The notes under the pieces are model-generated. The model worked only from the letters and a program-made list of their open reading frames with translations, was not told the DNA's origin and did not search any database. From a bacterium (GTDB lineage: Bacteria; Hinthialibacterota; Hinthialibacteria; Hinthialibacterales; Hinthialibacteraceae), in contig CAXXMV010000003.1 in NCBI GenBank assembly GCA_963662285.2, forward strand, positions 1 through 64,000: a stretch of 64,000 nt of DNA. Direction: 5' to 3'. Below are positions 1-10,052 of the stretch, piece by piece. Position 1 is the first letter of the stretch. Each line of letters starts with the position of its first letter. The position numbers and the translations under genes are program-made.

Positions 1-39
1 GATGGCAAAGAACTGACTTCGGTTACCTGGTGATTATGT

Positions 40-1260
40 TTACATTCTTTGATCCAGGTTTTTATCAGATTGCTTATGATGGAATTCTGGGATAAGAGAT
101 GATATCATGGTATTAATTCTCTCGTTTTCTATTGGATAGAATGGATCATCAATAAATTGAATAATGTCATTAATAAATGACTTTAATGATCCCTGGTTAT
201 CCTGTTTGTATTTAATAGATAAAATATTCTTCATACCTATATCAATGGTTGTTTCGCTATCACCGACAAATTCTTCAAAATCTTTTTCTCCACCTGTATC
301 AAGCGGCGTTAATAGTAAAGGGTAATTTTTTTCTTGCAAGTCAGCTTGAAAATTACATTTTGCTTCAGCTTCATCGCAATAAATTTTTGGTTTATAACCA
401 TAATATTCAAGAACTGTAATGGCGACCTGTTCTAATTCGATAAGACCAAAATCTTGATTTATACGTGGAATTAAAATATGTCTGTCTGGAGCGCAAAACG
501 TCGCCATTAAACATATATGTCCTGATTCCGGCATAGTAATAAAAAAACGTTTGGTTTTTTCCGGAGCGGCAATAGGTTGTTGTTTTTGCATTCTTCTTAG
601 AAAACTGTCTAAAAGGCTTCCATTGGAAAAAGTCACATTGGCGAAACGGGCGGAAGTGGATGATATGTTTCCTTCTGAAAACAACTCTTCCGAAAAAATC
701 ATCCGTTCCATTAACCGTTTACTGGCGCCCATGAAATTGACTGGATTGGCCGCCTTATCGGTGGAGACGCAAAAATATCTCAACGAATTGCCTTTTTCAT
801 GTAGCCACTGAAGCAACCGTGAGGCTTTTATGATATTGGTCTGCAAAATTTGAAGCAGTGAATGGATATTTTTTTCAGACCGTACGTGTTTTAAGGCAGC
901 AAAATTGAGAACGTAATCATAAGGGGCTGAATCATTGAGAAAACGTCTCATTATTGATGAACCAAAATCGATGGGGAGAGCGCTGAAATCTTTAATGGGA
1001 AAAGAAAGAGAGGAATTACGCAGATCGCGAACTAACTCAGCTAAATCATTTTCATTTTGATCCACAATATGCAAAGTATCTGGTTTGAATTCTACCATAG
1101 ATTTTATAGTAGATGATCCGATGCTTCCCGCGCCGCCGATTACTAGAATCCGGCTTCCCTCAATTTTTGATGAAAGTTCTTTTTTATGTTCTATGATGTC
1201 ATCTTCAAAATAATTTTGGCTGCGTTGGGTGATTTTTCTTAATAGTTCCTCTTGCCACAT
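40..1260 (-). CDS. Polysaccharide biosynthesis protein, NDP-sugar (UDP-GlcNAc-type) 4,6-dehydratase, extended SDR
   Basis: GGAGSIG Rossmann motif, NFAALKHV, STDKAANPVNFMGASKR and ARFANV-F-SNGS motifs of the CapD/Polysacc_synt_2 family; no TM region. Confidence 0.85.
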   Translation of the reverse strand: MWQEELLRKITQRSQNYFEDDIIEHKKELSSKIEGSRILVIGGAGSIGSSTIKSMVEFKPDTLHIVDQNENDLAELVRDLRNSSLSFPIKDFSALPIDFGSSIMRRFLNDSAPYDYVLNFAALKHVRSEKNIHSLLQILQTNIIKASRLLQWLHEKGNSLRYFCVSTDKAANPVNFMGASKRLMERMIFSEELFSEGNISSTSARFANVTFSNGSLLDSFLRRMQKQQPIAAPEKTKRFFITMPESGHICLMATFCAPDRHILIPRINQDFGLIELEQVAITVLEYYGYKPKIYCDEAEAKCNFQADLQEKNYPLLLTPLDTGGEKDFEEFVGDSETTIDIGMKNILSIKYKQDNQGSLKSFINDIIQFIDDPFYPIENERINTMISSLIPEFHHKQSDKNLDQRM

Positions 1261-1457
1261 TTTATAATACCCTTTTTCTTGATTATAACATATTTGTTCT
1301 CAAAATTTCAGCGGTTTACAAAAGTAGGTTTATTATTACGTGTTGTCTTCAATAAGCCAATCTTTACAGGCTTCTGGAAACGTAAAAAAAAGGTTAGAGT
1401 AGTTTTAATAATCGCTCTATCATGCAAATCATTCTTTAATATAGTAATAGGTGTTAT

Positions 1458-3312
1458 ATGGCGTTGATTTCCGTTAATGAAGTTAGTGTGAATTTTACTG
1501 ATCCCCCTCTTTTGGATAAAATTTCTTTTCAGTTGGAGGAAAGTGAACGAGTTTGTCTTTTAGGAAGAAATGGCGAGGGTAAATCGACTTTGATGAAGAT
1601 GCTGGTGGGCGTCATGTCTCCCGATCAAGGCGAAATTTCCCGTAAACCTGAACTGCGTGTTGCATATTTGCCTCAGGAAGTATCACAGGATATCAGCGGC
1701 AGCGTATTTGATATTATTAATGGTGGTTTTGAAAATTTGGATCAAAACCATCACGCCGATGGCGCCCATGAAGAATGGAAACGCCATCAGGAGGTTGATA
1801 AGGTCATTTCGCAATTAAAGTTGGACGCAGATACTGATATTGCCACTTTGTCAGCAGGATGGAAGCGCCGGGTGTTACTGGCCAGGGGGTTGGCAATCAA
1901 TCCGCACATCTTGTTGCTTGATGAACCTACCAACCATCTGGATATCGAATCCATTGACTGGATGGAAAAATTTCTGCTGCGATTTACCGGAACTATTTTA
2001 TTCGTTACTCACGACCGTATGTTCCTGCGCAAACTAGCCACGCGAATTATTGAAATCGACCGGGGTGCATTGCTTAGTTGGAATTGCGATTATGAGACTT
2101 ACTTGCAACGAAAAGAAGAATCCCTGGAGATTGAAGCAATCCAAACTTTCAAACTAGACAAAAAACTGGCTCAGGAAGAAGCATGGCTCGTAAGAGGCCC
2201 CAAAGCCAGAAGGACGCGCAATGAGGGGCGGGTTCGGGCTTTATTGAAATTGCGCGATGAACGGCGCAGGCGGCGTGAAGATATCGGCAATGTACAGATG
2301 GCTGTGCAAAATTATGAAAAATCCGGCAATCTGGTTATTGAAGCCAAGAATATTTCTTTCTCTTACGATAACGTCAATATTGTAAAAGACCTTTCTTTGA
2401 CCATCATGCGGGGCGATAAAGTTGGCCTGATTGGTCCTAACGGGGTAGGGAAGACCACACTGCTCAAAATTTTATTGAAGCAAATAGAATCCCCAGATTG
2501 GTAATATACGGCATGGGACTAAAATGGAAATCGCCTATTTCGATCAACTGCGCGGACAGTTGAAAGAAGATGAATCGGTTATTGATAATGTCGGCCTCGG
2601 CTCTGATCAAATTACGTTTAACGGTCAGACCCAGCATATCATAGGTTATTTGAGGGATTTCCTATTTTCCCCGGAACGCGCCCGTTCGCCCATCAGAATT
2701 TTATCAGGAGGAGAACGCAACCGCGTGCTTCTCGCCAAGATGTTCTCCAAACCAGCCAATGTTCTGGTGCTCGATGAACCGACTAACGACCTGGACGCCG
2801 AAACTTTGGAGTTATTGGAGAACCTGTTAGTTGAATATGCTGGAACCGTGTTGATGGTCAGCCATGACCGCGCCTTTTTGAATAATGTCGTAACCAGCAC
2901 CTTGGCTATGGAGGGCGATGGCGAGGTTAATGAATATGTCGGTGGTTATGATGATTGGATGCGGCAGCGTAAACAGTCCAAAAAAGATACTAAAGAGAAG
3001 AGGATTAAAGATAGAGTTAATACGCTTGAACAAGCAGATAAACCTAAACGGCTGAGTTATAATGAAAAGCGTAATTTTAAAATACTGTTTGAGGAATTAA
3101 AGAAACTGCCTGGAGTAATTGATAAACTTGAACAAGAGCAAAACGATCTGCATCAAGAGATGGCTGATCCGGCATTCTACAAACAGAGCCAGGATACGAT
3201 AACTCAATCTCAAGAGAAACTTGAAACATTGAAAGATGATCTTCATCTGGCCTATGAGCGTTGGGAGGAGTTGGAGGCATTATTAGAAGATGTTGATGAA
3301 ATTCAATTGTAA
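1458..3312 (+). pseudogene. uup: ABC-F ATPase Uup split into two ORFs (1458-2504, 2524-3312) by a +1 frameshift; real lesion or assembly error
   Basis: Two ABC domains (GRNGEGKS, LSAGW, DEPTNHLD; GPNGVGKT, LSGGE, DEPTNDLD), KARRTRNEGRVRAL linker and C-terminal coiled coil; removing one C from CCCC at 2491-2494 restores QIESQIGNIRHGTKMEIAYFDQ. Confidence 0.85.
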
Positions 3313-3340
3313 ACTCTTTGAAATGAACTGATTAATATAC

Positions 3341-3372
3341 AAAAAGAGAAGCAGCATGTTACGCTGCTTCTC
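3341..3372 (-). terminator. Rho-independent terminator of the 3416-4195 gene
   Basis: GAGAAGCAGC (3346-3355) / GCTGCTTCTC (3363-3372) perfect stem, followed by T5 on the minus strand. Confidence 0.8.
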
Positions 3373-3415
3373 AAAGTTTAATCAATATTGCATCTTAAGG
3401 TAATCAGGTGGAGAT

Positions 3416-4195
3416 TTAGTTTTGTCTCTGACCGCCACGACCTTGTCCTCTTTGGCCGCCTTGTCCACCTTGTCCTTGACGACCTTGGCCACGTTGAGCT
3501 CGCAATGCGTCCATTTCTTTCTGTATTTCCGCGGTTTTGGTTTCCCATGCTTTGACTTGATCCGCAGTAAGTTCTTTTTTGATATCGACTACTAGAGTTT
3601 CTTTAGCTGCTGTCATTTTGGCGCGGGCTTCTTCAGAGATTCCGCCTCCCTGTCCACGTTGTCCAGGTTGTCCAGGAGTTCTTTCGGGAGTCAGTGAAAT
3701 GATGGTGTTTTGGTAAATAAGAACCAAAGTCTGAAGTTTACCTCGCGTCTCCTTATTCATCTCAATTTGGCGAAGAGCGCGAATATCTACGTCTGTTCTT
3801 GCACCACGCATATTCAATAGTGGTTTGAGATATTCCATTTCTTCTTTGGTAAGAACGGTTGCCAGTTTCTCTGTAACGGCGGCATTCATTTTTGTGCGCA
3901 TTTCCATAAAAGCAGCCATACGCTCTTCACGGGTTGCGTTAGCATTCCCGGCGTTTTGGAAACTTTCTCTCATGGCATTTTGTTGTTCTTCGTAGATTGC
4001 AGTAACTTTTGCCGCCCGTACAGCATCGAGAACAAAAGAGTCGCTAATGATATCACCTTGGGAGCCGCCTCTTCCCATCATACCGGGGCCGCCTCGTTGG
4101 CTTCTTTGAGCTTGGGCTGATGCAAAGTCAACTGAACATGCGACGACCAGTAGAGCGATAATCAATGAACATAATGTTTTCTTCATAATTAACAT
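3416..4195 (-). CDS. Exported helical protein with G/Q/R-rich low-complexity segments and LTxxQ-like motifs
   Basis: Signal peptide MKKTLCSLIIALLVVACSVDFASA; VLTKEE and ELTADQ motifs; GQGGQRG repeats. Confidence 0.55.
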   Translation of the reverse strand: MLIMKKTLCSLIIALLVVACSVDFASAQAQRSQRGGPGMMGRGGSQGDIISDSFVLDAVRAAKVTAIYEEQQNAMRESFQNAGNANATREERMAAFMEMRTKMNAAVTEKLATVLTKEEMEYLKPLLNMRGARTDVDIRALRQIEMNKETRGKLQTLVLIYQNTIISLTPERTPGQPGQRGQGGGISEEARAKMTAAKETLVVDIKKELTADQVKAWETKTAEIQKEMDALRAQRGQGRQGQGGQGGQRGQGRGGQRQN

Positions 4196-4430
4196 CCTTT
4201 CAATATTTGTAATACAGCGTTCTCATTAGTAAACGCAAATATTAGCCCATTTATTGTGGTATACCTAAAATAAATAAAAATAATTAATTTGAATTGAATT
4301 TGTTGTGATTTGTTTATGAAAAAAGAGATGAGGGCAGATTTTTTGGAGTATCGTATGAATACAATGAGTAAATTATGCGCATTTAATGGGCGGATTTGAG
4401 AAAAAAATGCGCATATTTTTATTTGGTTTT

Positions 4431-5687
4431 TTATTCTAAAGCGCTTTTAATGATAGGCGCCAAGGCTTCGGCTAAAAGTTTGTGTCCATCTTGATTTAAG
4501 TGACAGGGATCAGATTTAATGAAGATTTGCTTCTCTTGCTGTTTTATTTTATCAATACTCATGGCGTATTGATAAAAGTCGAGGTATTGAACCTTGTTTG
4601 CCTTAGCTACTTTCTTCATAACCTCTCTGTAGGGAGCGTCTTCATCTAATATGAAACCGCCATGCACTGTCTTAAAAAATGTATAATGATGTTCCAGATG
4701 ATCTATATCAATGTCCTTAATTCCTTCTTTTTTAGCCAGTTGAACCAGGTTCCTTTGAGCAAATCCAGTAAGGCCGGTTAAGGGCGCCTTAATGGCTTTT
4801 TTTAATATCTTGACTTTATCCTCTATGTTATCAGCATTTTTGTACTGCTTAATTAGTTTGAAAGTCTCTGGATTGTCATACATTCCGATAAAAATCAGTT
4901 TAAAACCTTTTGACTCTGACAGGTCGCATATCTCTTGCAGATTTTTCTCATATTCTTGCAGTGGAACCCGGCATTTTAATTGATCTATAGGCGGCCTTTT
5001 AACTTTTCTATTATTCTTTATGGCATTAATTTCTTGTATGGATATTTGAAGCAGTCTGGATTTGTACATAAGTTCATAAAACTTATACCATATATGCAAT
5101 CTTCTGAAACTTTGCTCATTTTCATCCAGGTCTTGAAAGTAGCGGAACCGTCGGTCGTTGTAATTTGAAGCGACCGTAATCAGGTCTGGCTTGAATTCAA
5201 GCAATTTATGCTCAATCTGTTGCCGGCATTGGGCGACGCTGTATCCCCAAACGCCGCTGCTGATCACTTCAACATCATCCCCCAGTTCTTTGTTCAAAAG
5301 CTGGGCGTATATATTCTCAAAAGGTATATCGAAGCCCCAGGTGGTTGAGTCTCCACTACAGAACACCCGCTTTTTAGCGGATTTCTCTTGGATTATCCAT
5401 TCGCCCCGAAAACCGTAGTTATTGGTTTTCAAAGTCAAATCGCCGAATATAGTCTTTTTTATGAAAATATGGTTAACTCTGTTAGCCCATAGAGTGTGTG
5501 GATCATATTGATGTTCTCCCGGCATCAATTCCGGCGATGGATCAAATACAATCCTGGCGCCTGATTCCAGAAATATAAGCAAAGCTATAGCAATAGATAT
5601 ATTGAATATCCAGAAAATAGTTTTGGGATATTCAGATATATATCCGTCCATCAGATTAAGGACTTTTGATTTATACTTTTGGTTCAT
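4431..5687 (-). CDS. Membrane-anchored SGNH/GDSL hydrolase
   Basis: N-terminal TM helix; GDSTTWG block I, GVWGYS block II, NYND block III, DPCHLN block V. Confidence 0.85.
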   Translation of the reverse strand: MNQKYKSKVLNLMDGYISEYPKTIFWIFNISIAIALLIFLESGARIVFDPSPELMPGEHQYDPHTLWANRVNHIFIKKTIFGDLTLKTNNYGFRGEWIIQEKSAKKRVFCSGDSTTWGFDIPFENIYAQLLNKELGDDVEVISSGVWGYSVAQCRQQIEHKLLEFKPDLITVASNYNDRRFRYFQDLDENEQSFRRLHIWYKFYELMYKSRLLQISIQEINAIKNNRKVKRPPIDQLKCRVPLQEYEKNLQEICDLSESKGFKLIFIGMYDNPETFKLIKQYKNADNIEDKVKILKKAIKAPLTGLTGFAQRNLVQLAKKEGIKDIDIDHLEHHYTFFKTVHGGFILDEDAPYREVMKKVAKANKVQYLDFYQYAMSIDKIKQQEKQIFIKSDPCHLNQDGHKLLAEALAPIIKSALE

Positions 5688-5804
5688 GGTTTATAACTAT
5701 AGCATTAATAAAAGCAAAGATGGCGCGTGATCTGCGCCATCTTTATAGGTTGTTTGAGAATTGTGAATCAATCATGGTTATTGATTCCCTGATTGAGGAT
5801 CGCC

Positions 5805-7727
5805 CTAGTCATCAGATGATGTTTCTTTTTTGGCGCCCAGAGCTTTGGCCAGGATGTCGTAGTTGCGTTTTACCATGATTCGTGGATCGGCGATTAGCCC
5901 GGCGTCCACCATCGCATTTTCATAGATATGCTCGACTGCTGATTTTAAGAAATCTTCATCGGCGCCTTCATGCTTCAGTTTTGAGACCTGAAGGAGAATG
6001 GGATGAGTGGGATTAATTTCCAGCGAATTGGCGCCCATAGAAGGCATCCCTTTGTTAATCGATTGCATTACGCGCTGCATGCTGGCGTTCATTTGAGAAT
6101 CAGAGCAGACGATCATGGCCGGGCTGCCAACCAGACGCGACGACTTGCGCACGGCGGTGACTTTTTCTCCTAAAATACCTTTCATCCAACCGCACAGGAT
6201 ATCGGAATCATCTTTGGATAGGGTCTCTTCCGGCTTGGGCGTCTCATCAGTCTCTGGAGAATCGGGTAGATCAAGATCGCCCTGATCGGCGGATACCAAT
6301 TGCTTTTTATCAAATTCGCGCACTGCGTTGAGTACGAAATCATCAATTGGTTCGTAGAGGTATAGTACTTCGATATTTTTCTTCAGAAACGCTTCCATAT
6401 ATGGACCGCTTTGAATGGTATCACGGGATGGGCCGCTGATGTAGAAGATGCGGTCTTGTCCGGTTGGCATACGGTCGACGTATTCTTGCAGTGAAATCTG
6501 TTCTCCGCTTTCAGTCAAAGAAGACTCAAACATAAGCAAGGGAGCGATATCGCTGCGGTAGTCGAAATCATCGATAACGCCTTGTTTAAGGAACATGCCA
6601 TGGGTTTTCCAGAACTCGTTATATGATTTTCTATCGGTTTTATAGGTTTCGCCCAGGAATTTCAGGAAGCGGGAGGTCACCACTTTACGCAGTTTTCGAA
6701 TCAGAGCGTTGTCTTGCAGGGTTTCACGGGAAATATTGAGCGGAAGGTCTTCGCTGTCAATCACGCCTTTGACGAAGCGCAGCCATTCGGGAAGAATGAC
6801 GTCAGAATGCTGCTGGATTAGAACCTTGCGGCAATAGAGATTGACTCCCGGATCCATTTTGCCGAAACCAAACTGTTCGATATTGGTTTTGGGCGCGAAT
6901 AAAAGGGCGTTGAGCATAATGGGAACATCGACCGAGAAATGAAGGTGGAAGGCTGGTTCGTCATGCGCATTGCCGATGAATTTATAGAACTCGGTGTATT
7001 CTTCATCGGTTATTTCATTCTTGTTACGCGTCCAGATGGCTTGAATGGTGTTGACTGCTTCTCCATTAATTTTGATGGGGAAGGGAACGAAATTAGAGTA
7101 TTTCTGGACGGTTTTTTTAATGGTATCGGCTGATGCGTATTCGTGGGCGTCATCACGCAGGGATAAGGTGATCTTTGAACCCCGTTTTAGATCGTCTTTA
7201 TGTTCAAGAGTATATTCTCCCTCGCCTTCAGAGGTCCATAGTATGCCCTGCGCATCGGGATGGAACGATCTTGTTTCGACAGTCACGGTTTTGGCTACCA
7301 TAAATGATGAATAGAATCCAACCCCGAATTGGCCGATCAATTCGACGGCGCCGCCCGATGACGCTTCTTTTAGCGCTTCCAGGTATTTCTTGGTTCCAGA
7401 ATGAGCGATGGCGCCAAGATTCTCTTTTACTTCTTCCTCGGTCATACCTATACCGGCATCGGTAATGGTGATGGTCTTGGCGTCCTCATCTATATCAATA
7501 TCGATCTCCAGAGCCAGTCCGGGATCGGCGATTGATTTATTGACCAGTTTCTCATGACGGATTTTCTCAAGCGCGTCAGCGGCGTTAGATATAAGTTCAC
7601 GCACAAATATCTCTTTATGAGTGTAAAGTGAGTGGATTACGATATCCAATACTTGCTTGACTTCTGCTTGAAAAGAGTGTTTTTGCGGAGTTGGTTGGTT
7701 GGCTTGAGTGTTCATTTTAATTTTCAA
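5805..7727 (-). CDS. htpG: Chaperone HtpG (Hsp90)
   Basis: FQAEVKQVLDIVIHSLY, RELISNAADA, DAGIGMT, IGQFGVGFYS, DSEDLPLNISRE. Confidence 0.97.
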   Translation of the reverse strand: MKIKMNTQANQPTPQKHSFQAEVKQVLDIVIHSLYTHKEIFVRELISNAADALEKIRHEKLVNKSIADPGLALEIDIDIDEDAKTITITDAGIGMTEEEVKENLGAIAHSGTKKYLEALKEASSGGAVELIGQFGVGFYSSFMVAKTVTVETRSFHPDAQGILWTSEGEGEYTLEHKDDLKRGSKITLSLRDDAHEYASADTIKKTVQKYSNFVPFPIKINGEAVNTIQAIWTRNKNEITDEEYTEFYKFIGNAHDEPAFHLHFSVDVPIMLNALLFAPKTNIEQFGFGKMDPGVNLYCRKVLIQQHSDVILPEWLRFVKGVIDSEDLPLNISRETLQDNALIRKLRKVVTSRFLKFLGETYKTDRKSYNEFWKTHGMFLKQGVIDDFDYRSDIAPLLMFESSLTESGEQISLQEYVDRMPTGQDRIFYISGPSRDTIQSGPYMEAFLKKNIEVLYLYEPIDDFVLNAVREFDKKQLVSADQGDLDLPDSPETDETPKPEETLSKDDSDILCGWMKGILGEKVTAVRKSSRLVGSPAMIVCSDSQMNASMQRVMQSINKGMPSMGANSLEINPTHPILLQVSKLKHEGADEDFLKSAVEHIYENAMVDAGLIADPRIMVKRNYDILAKALGAKKETSSDD

Positions 7728-7960
7728 ATCCTTCTATATACAATTTATCTGAGTTTATGTAATTTTAAGGGCATATACCAATATTTTGAAGAGTATTGAA
7801 GTAAGCAATTTGATATTGAGCATATTATTATGTTTTATATGGCTGGACTCAAAGATGCTGAACTGTTTATTTCATGCTCTCTTTCTTTCAGTTGGTTTAT
7901 ATTGTTTAATTATTGTCATAGCCTGAAATCAGGCGAAAATTGAAAAGGATCGTTATTATT

Positions 7961-8800
7961 ATGAAGAGATATTTTTTTAGTTTTGTAATTTGTTTATTGG
8001 CTTTTACTGTATGGAGTGATGTTAATCCGCAAATTCGCGTGTTGTCTTATAATATCCATATTGGAATTGGGATGGATAAGAAAGTCGATTTAGACCGCAT
8101 TGCGCGTATTATCTGTTCGGTTACTCCAGATATCGTGGCGTTGCAGGAAGTGGATGTTAAAACTGAGCGTTCCAGTGGAGTTGATCAGGCATCGGTAATT
8201 GAGCGGCTTACAAAGATGACGGTAAAATTTAATCAGACAATCCCGTTAGGTAGTGGGCAATACGGCATTGCGCGATTGATCTCTGACAGTTTCAGTACAG
8301 TGGTTGGGCGGAGTCAACATTTACCAGCAAGCCCTGGCTGGGAAAAACGGGTTATCTGTGAAGATGTGGTTTTCTCTGATAAGCATGACGCTGCAAAACC
8401 TGAGTTCCGTTTTTATTACACGCACCTTGATTATCATAAAGATGATGTTGACCGCTTCGCGGCAGCGCAATTAATCAATCAGATTGCCTGTGAGAAGCCG
8501 TTGCAAATAAAATGGCAAGAGAAAAACCTACTTATTGATACTGATACGCCTTCAATCCTGGCAGGTGATTTGAACGCCACACCGGATAGCCGGGTGATGG
8601 ATGAATTTAGAAAACATTGGTCTATTGCAGATGGAGAAAGTATGAATACTTTTCCCGCTGATTCGCCCGATAGAAAAATTGATTACGTACTGTTCCGCCC
8701 GGCTCACCGCTGGAGAGTGCTCGAAACCCGCGTGCTGGATGAACCAGCAGCCTCGGATCACCGGCCTTTGCTGGTGGTATTGGAACTTTTGCCGGAATGA
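7961..8800 (+). CDS. Exported endonuclease/exonuclease/phosphatase family protein
   Basis: SYNIH, LQEVD, GDLNA, IDYV and SDHRP motifs; signal peptide from ATG 7961 (ORF track starts at TTG 7940). Confidence 0.88.
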   Translation: MKRYFFSFVICLLAFTVWSDVNPQIRVLSYNIHIGIGMDKKVDLDRIARIICSVTPDIVALQEVDVKTERSSGVDQASVIERLTKMTVKFNQTIPLGSGQYGIARLISDSFSTVVGRSQHLPASPGWEKRVICEDVVFSDKHDAAKPEFRFYYTHLDYHKDDVDRFAAAQLINQIACEKPLQIKWQEKNLLIDTDTPSILAGDLNATPDSRVMDEFRKHWSIADGESMNTFPADSPDRKIDYVLFRPAHRWRVLETRVLDEPAASDHRPLLVVLELLPE

Positions 8801-8820
8801 TCAAATTATCGCGTGTAAAT

Positions 8821-8870
8821 TAGATATATACGATGGGACGCGCTTTCGCTTTGTCCCATCCTAATTCGCT
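8821..8870. repeat. REP-like palindrome, family A (GATGGGAC...GTCCCATCCTAC type)
   Basis: Matches 9904-9953 at 44/50; related copies at 21865-21930, 45041-45080, 45274-45308, 49501-49537. Confidence 0.85.
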
Positions 8871-8910
8871 ATTGCCAGAAGAAAAATTAGTTTGGATAAC
8901 GGTAGTGATT

Positions 8911-9891
8911 ATGAGAAAGAAACTCTTTTATCTATTTGCGATACTTGTTTATTTGATACCGCAAGTTTTTGCGGAAGGTATACGATTTGAAAAAGTTGAT
9001 CAGTACCTTGTAGCAGATCTGGATCGGAAATCTCTAAAAGATATTGTTGTTAAAGGTGATTCAGCGTTTGTTCTATTAAGTTATTACAGTCCTCATCAGT
9101 TTACCGCTGGACGTTCATTCTATAGAGTAGACTTTGATGAAGTGATTAATACCGTTAAGGATTATTTCTCTCAGCATACGACAAATCCTTTAGTAGGTAG
9201 ATATTGGATGCTTGGCCTAACTTATGTAGCGGATGTCATTTTTTTACCGGAAGAAGAAACATTATTGGATAAAATCTATGTGATTAACAATATCGTTCAT
9301 CTTCCAGACCGTGGAAACTATTCTCACCAATTTACAATAAAGGGCGATTACCTGGGACGTATAGCGAATTTCTCTGAATATAAGAAAGAGTTCTTACAAG
9401 GCATATTACTTTCAAATAAGCCTATACAAACGCCAATAGACATATTTGGACAGACAATTATTGATATGGATATTATGGGTGAATATGTAATTCTGGTTTC
9501 TGAGACTAAATATATTGTTGTAAATATTAATGATTTGGCTTTGCTTGGCGAGGAGGCGCCCAGATATGAATTTATTAAATGGCATGATAATCCAGAAGGT
9601 AAAATGGAATACTATCCCCATCCTTTAGGCAAGCAATATTTTTGCTATAAAGACAAACTGGGTGTATTGAATATTCACCAAAAAATGGAGAATAATCAAC
9701 TGCAATCTCTGGATATATCCGAATTGCCTGTTCCACCATTTTATTCATGGTTTCAAATAGAAGATGATTATTACTATCAGTTAGAATTTGAATATGCATT
9801 AGTTCCAATTTTGCTGATGACTAAATGGCAAATTCATGGACTACCTGGTTTGAGTGGTGTTGATCATGAAATGTGGAAAGATGTGAAATGA
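8911..9891 (+). CDS. Hypothetical exported protein (AT-rich orphan)
   Basis: Signal peptide MRKKLFYLFAILVYLIPQVFA from ATG 8911; the ORF-track start at 8833 lies inside a repeat; no family recognised. Confidence 0.6.
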   Translation: MRKKLFYLFAILVYLIPQVFAEGIRFEKVDQYLVADLDRKSLKDIVVKGDSAFVLLSYYSPHQFTAGRSFYRVDFDEVINTVKDYFSQHTTNPLVGRYWMLGLTYVADVIFLPEEETLLDKIYVINNIVHLPDRGNYSHQFTIKGDYLGRIANFSEYKKEFLQGILLSNKPIQTPIDIFGQTIIDMDIMGEYVILVSETKYIVVNINDLALLGEEAPRYEFIKWHDNPEGKMEYYPHPLGKQYFCYKDKLGVLNIHQKMENNQLQSLDISELPVPPFYSWFQIEDDYYYQLEFEYALVPILLMTKWQIHGLPGLSGVDHEMWKDVK

Positions 9892-9903
9892 GGTTTTGAG
9901 ATA

Positions 9904-9953
9904 TAGATATAAACGATGGGACACGCTGCCGCTTTGTCCCATCCTGCTTCGCT
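9904..9953. repeat. REP-like palindrome, family A
   Basis: Direct-repeat partner of 8821-8870. Confidence 0.85.
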
Positions 9954-10000
9954 GATTTCAGCAGAACTACTCAATTAATATTCAGAAACTATATAAATAT

Positions 10001-10038
10001 TCCCTCACAACACTGTTGAATAGCAGCGCTGTGAGGGA
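10001..10038. terminator. Hairpin downstream of hcp, probable terminator
   Basis: TCCCTCACA / TGTGAGGGA inverted repeat between convergent genes. Confidence 0.55.
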
Positions 10039-10052
10039 TTGAATTTTTATTC

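Noticed and set aside
7728-7940. CIRCE or other heat-shock operator upstream of htpG
   Set aside because: No TTAGCACTC-N9-GAGTGCTAA or comparable inverted repeat seen
8821-9953. Integron attC sites
   Set aside because: Repeats lack RYYYAAC/GTTRRRY ends, no integrase in the window, and they match the dispersed REP family
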